From assembly GCA_009103225.1 (NCBI GenBank), contig RHPI01003491.1:100450-164449 (forward strand): 64,000 bases of DNA. The letters are read 5' to 3'. The position numbers and the translations under genes are program-made. The notes under the pieces are model-generated. The model made no database searches and was not told the origin of the DNA. It saw only the letters and a program-made list of their open reading frames with translations. This DNA comes from Chlorokybus atmophyticus (lineage: Eukaryota > Plantae > Mesostigma and Chlorokybus algae). Below, one piece after another: positions 40,702 through 52,389 of the stretch; positions within the stretch are counted from its first letter, which is position 1; every line of letters begins with the position of its first letter.

Positions 40702-41224
40702 TGGTGACACGCATCTTTCATGCGTGTGTCAACTTCATGTGATGAGAGATGGTGCATGAGGCAGCATGACATGGTCTCATGGTGTATAATAGCATGCGTA
40801 CATGCATGGCAAGGAGGTTTACGATGAGTTCGAGTCACGATGCGGGAAGGCACGACAGCTGTCATGCGCGAGCATGTAGTGTCATGTGCATGATGCCCTC
40901 GGGGATGGCGACATGGATGGACCTTGGGATTTTGGCTGTCATAGCCATTTTACAGGGTTTATGTGTTGGGTTTTCATTGGGAACTCATGTTTGGGTCCTC
41001 ATGGACGTGAGGGAGGTGTGTTCGAGGCGTATCTACAGTCAGATACGGAGCTGACAGCATNCGCATCTTGGTGACACGCATCTTTCATGCGTGTGTCAAC
41101 TTCATGTGATGAGAGATGGTGCATGAGGCAGCATGACATGGTCTCATGGTGTATAATAGCATGCGTACATGCATGGCAAGGAGGTTTACGATGAGTTCGA
41201 GTCACGATGCGGGAAGGCACGACA
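40702..41224 (+). repeat. 3' terminal repeat block B1-gc-A2-(N)-B2
   Basis: B1 40702-40857, GC, A2 40860-41060, N at 41061, CGCATCT (matches A1 33503-09), B2 41069-41224 identical to B1. Confidence 0.8.
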
Positions 41225-42632
41225 GCACAACATCGTCGTCATGGTCTGCTCTTGCTCCTGCCAAGCCCTGACGCACACACCTTTGCGCAGGTGGTGCTCC
41301 CTACCCTATGCCCAGCTCTGCCCTACGCTCTACTGTTCAGTCTTGTGTTGTATTGGTGTAGCACTGCTCTGGGCCCCTCTGGTTTGTTTGCTTGCTTGTG
41401 TGTTGTGTTGTTACTCAGTGTGGAGTTAGCTTGTGTTGTTACTTGGCGTGTGTTGCACAACATTGCACATTGCATTTAAGCTTTATATACGGGTGTCATG
41501 CTATATTGTCTTGCATTCTCAACTATCATCTTCATATACATGCTGCTGCCGCCTGCTGCTCGAGACTTGCATATCATTGCACACACGAAATGTGTGCTGT
41601 AGTATAGGTGGTGAAGGCCCCAAGTGTAGAAATTGTGTTGGTGTTGTTGGTTTGTTCATGTGTGCTAGCTGCTTGCAAATGAGCATGTTTGTGGGATGAC
41701 TACGATGCATACCCTATACATAGTCTAAGCCCCATTCTGTGGCTCAACTGTTTGCCTGCTGCTCCTGGTGCTTGCTTGCGTGCATATGCTCTGCTCTGCA
41801 CGGGTTGCGGAGTGTTCTACTACATTTGCACCAACTCATCAGCCCATCCACCGTCATACATTGACGTTTGAAATCAACATTTTTATATGTATTCTTTACA
41901 ACATACTCACTCTGTTTCAGCTTATACGTTGTTGAGCAATAGCGAGAAGAGAGTCAACATGTTATGAGTTGATACCAAGCAATTCGAGTGTTAACATGGC
42001 AACTTGCGCAAGAGGCGCAAGCATAAGGCATTTAATCAATTCGCAAATCATGCGCACATACGCATAGTGTGCCAGCAGCAGCAAGCAAGCCAAGAACCCA
42101 AGCACAATTTATAGTAAACCCCGGGGCCTATGCTTTTCCTACACCAGCGCTGTTATGTGCGTGCAGTGTGTGGCCAAGCGGCAGTGACTCTCTGTGACCA
42201 ACCTGAGGATCATTGAGGCAAGCATGCGTGTCAATATAAGTGCACACGGATACATGCGCAAAGTTAGCATGAGTGCCACAACTGCCATTAAAATATTACA
42301 AACCCTGGGTCAAAGACGGCTCCCGCCACCATACTTCCCACCCTTCTTGCACCTCTTGCTATCAATTCCGTTCTGACTTCCATATCACCACTAAGCACTG
42401 CCGCCCAGCTCGACCTTCTTCATTGTGATCATGTCAATGCAGGGTAAAGTCGCTGAACGCAGCTAGCGCCAATGCAGCGCATCTTTGAAGTCCACGGCTG
42501 CAAATGTTTCTTAGCAACTGAGCTAGGCGACAACACCACCTGGGCTCAATTGTTGACAAACGCTTGCAGCCACGCTCGTGGCAACACGAATCAACATACA
42601 CCTATACGCTTATTTACATGCGGCATCATCTC

Positions 42633-45388
42633 TCAAGACCTTCCACTTTCCTCCTGGCGCAGACTGTCCTCAGGCAAGAACTCGCGTAGCGTTTGGATGA
42701 GTGTCGCAGCTTTGTATGAGAAAAAGCCCAGCAGCATTGGGACCAACACGAGGTGAATGCCAGTCTCTGGCGCATACAACCTGCACGAAGAGTGCACATT
42801 GTGCTTAACAACCAGCACTCTTGGAACAGAGAAAGCGGGCCGTGGTATCACATAATATGGCATACTGATACAGGCCATGCACAGACTGTGCTCAAAAGAT
42901 GGGTGCACATGGAACACGGCAAACTAAATAGCGGGTATGGTGATTGCAGCTGGCCCAAGCCGATTGCATGGCGATGTCACACAGTGACACGCGCAGCATG
43001 ATGTGCGAAATAGCAACCAGCAATGACTGGATGTGGATCAATGCAAAGCTTATGAACACACAATCACAACTTACGTGTTCCAGCGGTTGAAGAGCATCAC
43101 GAGCGCGACAGGGACGAGGAGGCGCGGCTGGACACCGCCAAACCCGCCACCTCCAATTGACTGCACGCTGCGGGCCAGCATGTTCAAATACGCCACGCTA
43201 CCCGCCGCTCCAATGGCGTAGCTGAGACACAACACCGAGAGCAAATGTTTGTTGCTACTTGCAAAGGTTATCGTGAAAAAAGAAGAACAGAAAACATGTG
43301 TGCGCGCATGCGTGTGTGTGCGCATGTGTGCGTGTGTGCGCTCGTGCACGTGTCAATACCCACCTTCCTGCCACTTCCGGTGTGTAAAGTAGGAACGCAG
43401 CGCCTGTCCCCGCGAGTCCGCACCCCATTGTCAGTAGCTTTAACTCCAGTTTCAGCTGCGCCCAGTTGCATAATGTCATACCACACTGCATGCTTGAACA
43501 CCGCGGACTTGTCTTCAATGATGCTGGCTTAATCGCATGCAACGAGAGCTTGCCTGGTCAAACCGCGCCTGTTCGCGTTGTCGTATCAATCTGACCTCTT
43601 CCGCGTCACCACTCGCCAGAGTAGACTTATGCGGCTTGAAAGGCAGCTGCAGACGCACAACTCAGTAACAAGTAATGCGCACAATACCATCAATCACACT
43701 GACAAAGACAGACAAGCACACGTGCACATGCACCCGCAGATGCGCGCACCCACCCACACGTGCGCGCGCCCACGCCCACCCATCTACGCACCCTTGCGCG
43801 TAAACACACGCGCGCACAGCCTCCATCCCTCTCATGTGCTAAGTCTCACCTGCGTGTCTGCATACTTGGCATCGCGCTCCCAACGCCTTTGCTCACCTCG
43901 TGTGGGCACAAAGAAGTACCTGCACACGCGATATGTGAACCTTACAGCACTCCAACAGATGTTCATGCGCCGAGTCATACTCTACATTAGAGAGCAAACA
44001 GCCACGACCATGACAGGACACCACCCACCTTTGTCTCGTGCGCTTCAACTGCAGCTTGCGGGCAACCTCTGCTTCGCGCTCCATAGCGGCAATCTTGGCA
44101 GGTGGCGGCTTGAGAAGCTCTTGCGACAAGTCCACATCAAGACTGCAGAAAAGTAAGAGGTTGGTGGCCTCTATGTAATCTGGTTTTTTGGACATGAACA
44201 TGGTCACTGCAGCTGTAACATGTCGCATGCATGGCATGTTAAAATGTATTACCTGTCAAGTGACAACGAGCGCCCGAGGCTCAAAAATCCAGATGGGGCT
44301 TCCTCTTTCTTCTGTACGAACATGATGCATTCTCTATTAGCAGCTACCAACAGAACAAACCTCGCATCTACGTTGTTGGCCCAGCAACCGATGTAGGTAC
44401 TGGATATAAGGAAACCTTCTTCAACAGTAATCTATTTGTCCACTATTATACCTCTCGCAGCTGCTTTTGCCGCTCTTCCTCCCTTTGAAGCCCGTCCAGC
44501 TGCTTCTGCCAGTCGACATTCCACATATACTCTGAAGTCTCTGTAATGGACGGCGCCTGCAGCAGATAGACAGAGTCTATGATGACAGTGCACATCAGTG
44601 ACATAACACCTCTTTCACAGACGTGTTTCTCGCTTAGTTTGTGACCGCACAAGTTTGACTATTGTTTGAGTGCTATTGGTAACAATGCCAAGCTTTACTG
44701 GTAGACAAACATACTGGAACAATGTGCAGCTGGTCATTGGTCATGTGTTGTTAACTAGTTGATTGGTTGATTGTGGAATGTGCACACAGTCCATCAGCAA
44801 CGACCTGTGGATTTATATGTGGATATATAGTGCATGATTAGCAAGTGACGACACAATTAGCTTTCGCATTGACGTGCTCAGTAAACCCAGGCAGAAGGGA
44901 CACTGACTGTTGCTGCAGCACTTGCCGCGATGAACACCAAGTAGCTTCGATTCTGGTTAACTTCAACAAGTTGAGATTGCACTACTTGAAGCTTTTTTTG
45001 GTCGACCACAGTTGTTAACATGAGATGCAAACAGTGAAGAGTATGTTGAGATTGTACTTACTACCATGAAACTGAATGCAGATTTAATAAGCACTGCAGT
45101 GCTTCTTCTTGCCAACCGGCCAACACAAGCAACTGTCCATCATTCAGCCACATTACTGTCAGTGTAGTTAACCATGCCAACAGCTACAAGGCACGTCACA
45201 GTACCATCCTCCATGCCATGCCATGCCATGCCATGTGAGAGCCGCACCTTCTTAGCAGCCCGCGGCTGCGGTCGGCTGCTGCTGGGCAGGCCCGGCTTGG
45301 CTGCGCCAGCGGAACCAGCATCCGGCTGGCTCCCGCTCGGCCGGGCGGCCGTCGCGGTGACCCGCAGAGCACACACGACGCTCGCCAT
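42633..45388 (-). CDS. CGL160: CGL160, chloroplast ATP synthase assembly factor (AtpI-like C-terminus)
   Basis: Transit peptide MASVVCALRV...; EYMWNVDW; YAIGAAGSVAYLNMLARSV..GVQPRLLVPVALVMLFNRWN; HLVLVPMLLGFFSYKAAT. Confidence 0.9.
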
Positions 45389-46559
45389 CGACACCGCTGA
45401 CGACACCACCGCCGCCGCCGCCTACGTGGCAGGCTACAATACTGAGCCAGGCTTTAATCTGGATTGAGCTATCGGAGGTTCGCATCCGGTTTCATTGACC
45501 AGGGTCCGTCAAACTTGAACCTTCTTCGATTAGGGTTGGACTGAGACATCTGCAATCCGGGTTGATGACTGCTCACAGCACGTGTCTCAATTAGGGCGTT
45601 GTGTAACACACACAAGTGCTTGCCTGTTCATCTGCGCCCATCGCATCCTGAATGCAGTACACATTTGGGAGGCTGTTGCAGTGTCAGTGTGTACAGTAGT
45701 ACTAAGAGAAAGGCGTCTTGCAATTACTGCAAGTGGAAATTGTTTCGTTTTGGGTTGTCACTTGTGCGTGAATTGGGTGGTGGCGTCTTGGAGTAAAGCT
45801 GGACAAGGAGGCCCGGCTATCTTCAGGTATGTTACAGATTTCACTTCGCCTTGCAACGTCGGGATTTGTTACAACTTCAACACATGGTTTTGAGTTGTCT
45901 TGCGATTGTTGAAAATCAAAGCAAAGCAAATCGCATCCTGGCGATTACTAACAGGCAAGGCATTGATTGTTGGCTGTCATTTTCTTTCCCTGCACTTTCT
46001 GTGTTTGGTTTTGCTCATGTGCGTATTACAGTGCATAAGTTCACAAACACACGGCACTCTACGCTTGTTTGGGTAAATAGTAAAACACAAGGTTGTTCTT
46101 TCTGCGATGTTCCTTACTGTACTTGTGTCAAACAAAACAATGTTTGTACTCTTTTCCCAGTGTTTAACCCCTATTCCGCGGCACAGTTTCTTTCATGCCA
46201 CTTCTACTTACTGTTTTCTATGAGTCCCTCTGTTTACTCTTGTACTTTTGTCGCTTTTCTTCACTGGTCATTGTGCGCACATATAGCTAATAGCATGGGT
46301 GGTTGTGCGAAGCAATTTCAAACTGTCATCAACAAGCCCTGAGAACAGAGCGAGCTTCTTACGTGCTGCGACGCATGCAGTTGACATATGCTAAGATCTT
46401 CTTGCTTGTGGAATTGTTTCTGTACTGTATTTATGCTATGGTGTCATGCTTTCGGAATATGTGACGATGAGCTTAGGACGGCTGCACATTTGCAGTTGGG
46501 TTGCAGTTCATTGCGAGGTGAATGGGCTCAAGAGCATGTGGGCAAGAGCTTGGAGCGTA

Positions 46560-46918
46560 GCGTGAGAGCGCAGAAAACACAAGGAACCACAACAGCAACA
46601 ACACCGGCAACAACAAGAACGCTACTACTGATGACCCGAGCCACATGATACCCCCACCACTGCCGCCAAGGTAAAAGGGCTGTAATAGTGCGTATGCGTG
46701 CGCGCGCACACATGCACACACACATATGAGCGTGTTCTCATGTTGTCTAATTTCAGACGATCTGCTTGTGTGGTGCAATATTTGTTCCATCAGGTCGGTG
46801 CGGCAAACAGCCACAGGCTACGCAGCAAGCAACAACAACCCGACCACCAACATCGCACGCGCATCACAACAACAACCACAACAAAAGGGCTACCAGCACA
46901 ACCCTTACCCTCCCACCC

Positions 46919-46973
<55 letters not shown>

Positions 46974-47643
46974 GCAACAGTACTACCACAACCAACAGCA
47001 GCAACAGCAGCAACATCCTCAAGGCAGCTACGCGCAAATCCACGCCATCGAGCAGCAGCAACAACAACATCCACAACCACCATACCAACATCAACAGCAT
47101 CCACAACACCAACACTACCATCAGCAACATCATCAAGAAGAGGCGTCCACTTCGGGCTTTCACAATGACACTGCCGAGACGAATCAAAGCGAGTCAGGTG
47201 AGTTCATAAGCGTGTGAGTGAGTGAGTGAGTGAGTGAGTTGTGTGCGTGGCTGTGTGTGTGTCATATGTGGACATGTTGTGTAGGGAGGATCCGGGTTGC
47301 CGTGCGTGTGCGTCCGCTGTCGGACACCGAGCGCGCCCGCAAGGAGAACCCCAACGTGCTGCGCGCCCTCCCCGACAAAACAACATTGCAGGCATGCGCA
47401 CAATCACATATGCACACACGTGCACGCTCGCTTGCGTGCGTGCGTGCGTGCACGCGCACTTTCACGTACGCGCGCATGCAAGTGCACGCGCGTGTGGCAG
47501 CCTGCCTGTGTGTGTATGTTGATGTTGTCGTCGTCGTCGTCGTCGTCGTTGTTGTCGTTGTTACTGAGGCAGCGCTGCATTTACTCAGGTTATCCAGCCT
47601 AATGCCCCCGCTAACATGCTCCCAAGAACCTTTCAGGTACACT

Positions 47644-47699
<56 letters not shown>

Positions 47700-47837
47700 C
47701 CATTGACAATGGTGTAACAAACATACAGTTTGACGCGTGCGTGGCGCCGGAAGTGCCGAACAGCCTCTTTCCCGAGGCGGTAGACGCGTATCGCCTTGTC
47801 GACGCCGCTCTTGAGGCAAGCACGCATGCGTGTATAC

Positions 47838-47868
<31 letters not shown>

Positions 47869-50800
47869 GACCACAACCACAACCACAACAATAACTACTA
47901 CCATTACTACAACAGGGGTATGCTTGCACTGTGCTGGTGTATGGGCAGACCGGCTCGGGCAAGACCTTCACGATGTTTGGTCGCGAAGAGGTAAGCACAC
48001 ACGTGTGTGTAAGGGTGTATGTGCGTGTGCGCACGTATTGTGTGTCTGCACATGCACGCACGGGTGTCCTTGTCCATGCGTGCGCTCGTGGGCATGCATG
48101 TGCATGCGTGTACATGAGTGCGCGTGCCGGCATGTGTGCTTGCGTGTGCACATGAGTGCGTTGCTGCTACGAGCTGCGTGCGCGTGCACCCCGCACGCAC
48201 ACGCACACGCATATGACCCCACCTCACACCCCCGTCCTTCCCCTCAGGCCATCGACTCCGCCCAGTACGCGGGTCACCCCGACGACGGCCTCGTGGTCCG
48301 CTGCATGTCGCGCCTGTTCGAGCGCGTCGCAGCGGCCAGCAGCAGCGGGGCAGGGAGTGGCGTAAGTAAAGCCCCGCGCAGTAAGGGGAGGCCGGAGAGG
48401 GAGGTGGAGTATGGCGTACGGGCAACGTACTTGGAAGTGTACAACGAACAGGTAGGCAAAATTATGCAGGTATGCCGTGACGCGCGTGTGCGTGGCTGTG
48501 TGCACATATGGAAAAGCTCGTTTCCATGCGCGCGTGCGTGTGTGTGCGTGTGCGCGCGCGCTCGTGTACATGCGTTTTCACAAGCGGTAAGGCCCCTGCA
48601 CACGTGGTTGGCTGTGTTGGGTACGAGCTGTTTGCGTAAACATGTGAGAGGGAATTGGGTGTGCGTGTGGATAGATGTACGTGCATAGGCAAGCGCACCC
48701 ACGCACCCACCCACCCACACACAGGTGAACGACCTGTTGCGGCTGACCAACCCCTCACGCGCGGTGAAGTTCGCGCCGCCGTCGCGTGCGGGGGAAGGGG
48801 GGGGACACTTCTACGTGGAGAACCCGCTGGAGGTGAGGTGTGAGGGCGTGGCGGACGTGTGGAGCGTACTAGCCGAGGGAGCGCGCAACCGCAAGGCAAG
48901 TACACACACATGTACGAGGAGTATGCTTGGCTAGTGTCAGGGTAGCGTAGACTTGTTGTAGTTGAATCTTGTATCAGCAGCATGCCTGCTAATCTGACAT
49001 CAGTACAACGTTACCCTGCAAGGGTAGAACTGTACACACAAACATAGGTTGTGGATAGCTTTTACGCTTCCACATATTGTGTGCCAGACTTACCTGTTGC
49101 GTGTGTCGAGTAGGTGGGGGCGCACGCGTTGAACAAGGACAGCTCCCGCTCGCACACGCTGCTTCAAGTGCACATCGACATCGTGACCAAGGGGGATGTC
49201 GACGCCGGCAACAGCAGCAACAACAACAACAACAGCCATCATCAACAACAGCAAAGCACGCGAAGGATAGGAAAGCTCACCTTCGTGGACCTCGCGGGTA
49301 TGTACTTATTGAGTACTGAATGCTTGGCATATTGAGTGGTATGCATGTCGGATTTGTTGATCTGAGTTGTTGTTCCGTGCATGTGTGCGTGTGTGTAGGG
49401 AGTGAGAGGCTGAAGCAGAGTTTGAGTAGTGGGGACATGGTAAAGGAGACCGGCAACATAAACCGCAGCTTGTTCGCGCTCGGCCAGGTGGGGATTGCAA
49501 TGTGGTCAAGTACAAGCCCCACACACCATTATTACGCATGCAACCTCGATGATACTGTGTTTATTTATTTATGCGGGCTACAATTGTCTCTCTCAGGTGA
49601 TATCTGCTCTGGGCGATACAAAGTCCGCTCGAAGCACAGCCCACATTCCATACAGAGACTCCAAACTCACGTGCCTGCTATCGGACTCTTTGGGCGGGTC
49701 CGGCTTAACTCTGATGGTGGCGTGCCTGAGGTGAGAGTTGAGAAGTGAATTGGTTGATCGAGTGCAGTCATTGCGGGTGTCGGGTCGTATTGTGAATGAT
49801 CTGACTGGTGTGTGCGGTTAGCCCGACCGCAGCGTCTGCGGAGGAAACGCTGGGGACTTTGTTTTACGCGAGCCGAGCGCGGAACATACACAACACACCT
49901 GTCGTGCACATGGATCCCGAACAACAGGTGCACACCTACCCACGCACACATACATGCGCTTGCACACACATGCAAGCGCACCTGCACGCGCAGCGGCACA
50001 CACGCTTAACCGCATATGCAGTACACATGATGTCCTTCTATCAAGTCAAACCTACCTGCATTGCCTGCAAATAGGTTGACCTGATAAAGCGACTTCACGC
50101 ATAGCTTGATGAAACCGTAAAACAGTCATCTTCACACCAGAGTGCTGATTATACAAATTTGACAATGACAGGAGATGGCGGCATTGAGAGCAGAGTTGGC
50201 GTTGATGAAAAAGGAGAATGCTCGCTTACGCACGCAGCTGAAAGAGAGGGAGGGCGGGGTCAATAACCGCCCGATGCTACAACAACAACAACAACCACAG
50301 CAACACTCGCACCAACAACAACTGCATCAAAATAACCGTACCGACTCCCCGCCCACTCCGATGGTACACATGCACAACGTTTGCACCTTATGTGGTTGTT
50401 ATGCTGTATGACAAGTTCTCATGAACACGCTCAGGTGGCATTGCTAGTATGGCTCATGTGGCATCTATATGTTTCATGACAGAGCGATAGTGCTGCCATG
50501 CGGCATGCGCGCGATGTGGATGAGGCCGAGGAGCAGCCAACAACATCGTACGCGTATCACAATAATGTCCAAAGTCATCATCATGACAACGCAAGGCGCC
50601 AGCACGCCGACTCGGCACCCTCAAGTGCTGGAAGGTGAGTATAACAACTTGGTACATAGTGCGTGCGTACATGCGTGGTAATATACGCCAATGTGCAGGT
50701 CTGTTTTGCCGCTGATACACAAGCCGCGTGTGAACGATCGGAAGCAACACCAACCCAATGGAATGCAAGCGAGTACGCACAACAACAACAACAACAAGCT

Positions 50801-51688
50801 GCAGCGTGACAGTCAGCGCCGCGCAGCCAATGTGAATAGCAGCTTCAATAATGGTAGTGTTAGCAGTGTTAGCAACCATAACAACTATGTCAATAGAGAT
50901 AGCAGTCCCACTAGCAACAGTACTCAGAGCTACGGTAGCAACAGGAGTAGTGCAAATAGAGTGAGAAATAGTGTGATCAATCATAACAATAGCAATGGTC
51001 AGTACGCCCGCAAATCCTCCCCCCAACGACACATAGAGGTAAGAGCCCACATGATTCTTGTTTATGTTTGTATCAGTGAACCAATTGTTGTTGTGATGAT
51101 GTGTGGTGGTTTCAGCCCTTAACCGTGATCGAGACAGCCCTCTCGCCTCCCACAAGTCAGTCTCCGTTGAGCCCGAAGATAACTCAGAGCTACGAGCAGC
51201 GCATGGCTGGTGTAGCCAGTCCCAAAAAGGACCACGTGGAGGTGAGTGTGGTTTATTGCTAGATGGAGAGATACGTGTGTTGACACACACGCAAGCGTAC
51301 ATGCGCACAGACACATGCGTGCACGTGTACGCACGCACTCTCACGCACGTGCGCACATGCGCGTGTGTGCATCCTTTGTTCGTGTATTCGCAAGCGCATG
51401 CAATTAAGACAATGCCCTATCTATGCCCATACTGGCACACACACGCAAGCACACATCCATACTTATACTCAAGCGCATGCGTGCACGCACACACACATCT
51501 GAGCACGCACACATTGGCAGCTACATCATCTCCGGATGGCGAACGCGAAGCTTGTGAAGGCGATCGAGGCGTTGCTGGCGCGGGAGCAAGCGAGGGAGCA
51601 GCAGCAGCACTTAACGGAGCTGCAGCAGTCTCATCTGCTGTCTGCTGTTAGCGCAAGCCAACCTATAAGACAGTTCGCCCCATTATGA
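46560..51688 (+). CDS. Kinesin motor protein, KIF12/kinesin-16-like, with Q/N-rich extensions; start uncertain
   Basis: [74 protein letters not shown]; coiled-coil tail ending QFAPL*. The subfamily call rests on remembered motifs ([17 protein letters not shown]). Confidence 0.9.
46918..46975 (+). repeat. (CAA)n encoding poly-Gln in the kinesin N-terminus
   Basis: CAA run within the in-frame exon. Confidence 0.9.
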
Positions 51689-52389
51689 CATACCGGATGC
51701 ATGCGCTTTGCACTTGTTAAGCAGAAACAGCGGCATGGGCACGCAGGGGTGCCAAGCGTGTGTGCGAGTTCGCTGGTGCATGCATGTGTCACACGCCAAC
51801 AGCCGGCCCTTGCGCAAATGCGCAATAATCTCAGCAGCAGTGTACTGTACGTAGATAACTCCTTCCCAAATTTCGAAATGTTGCTCTCGGCCTAGATTCT
51901 GCACGGAACTAATGTGAAGGCACCCATAATGCTGTCGGTCTAGGACTCATGGCAGCATTTTTCTACACGCCACGCAATGGTATCCAGTGCACAGTTACAA
52001 CATGAGAACAACACAGCATAACATTGTCGTCTTGAGTAACCATACAGATAGGACAGGCAACGAGACTGGCACAGGCAAAGTCAGCATGACACAAACATGA
52101 CAGTCACACTGACTTGTTTGCACATGTGCTGCTGTATGTTGAGTGCAATAACACTCCATGACAATTCAACCTGGATCGGCCCCGCCTTGCCCCCTTTCCT
52201 TAATTCCACGCATATAGCACATAGCCTGCACTGCAGCATTCTTCAACTTAGGTTGAACGCTACTTGCAAGCTACTACTTGTTTTCTACAGATGCCTGTCG
52301 TGTGCCGCCAGCGCAACAACACATAATGCCACTATAATAGGTAGTCCGACACACTAACATTCGCTAACATCATCATCGCATCCTTGTCA

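Larger units (their letters stand above)
32720..41224 (+). mobile_element. Near-intact Ty3/gypsy LTR retrotransposon with DNMT and PHD domains and split (A-int-B-A-B) LTRs
   Basis: Ends TGTCATGC...GCACGACA flanked by GCAC/GCAC (32716-19, 41225-28); gag-PR-DNMT-RT-RH-IN-PHD order; A repeats at 32720 and 40860 (4 mismatches in 201 bp); identical B repeats at 40702-40857 and 41069-41224. Confidence 0.93.

Noticed and set aside
32720-41224. DIRS/PAT/Ngaro identity suggested by the split repeats
   Set aside because: No tyrosine recombinase ORF seen; it encodes an HHCC-DDE integrase with gypsy domain order and has a TSD.
32706-41236. Alternative boundaries 32710-41232 with TCGT as TSD
   Set aside because: Terminal inverted match is weaker (6/8) than TGTCATGC/GCACGACA (7/8), and these ends do not coincide with the A and B repeat borders.
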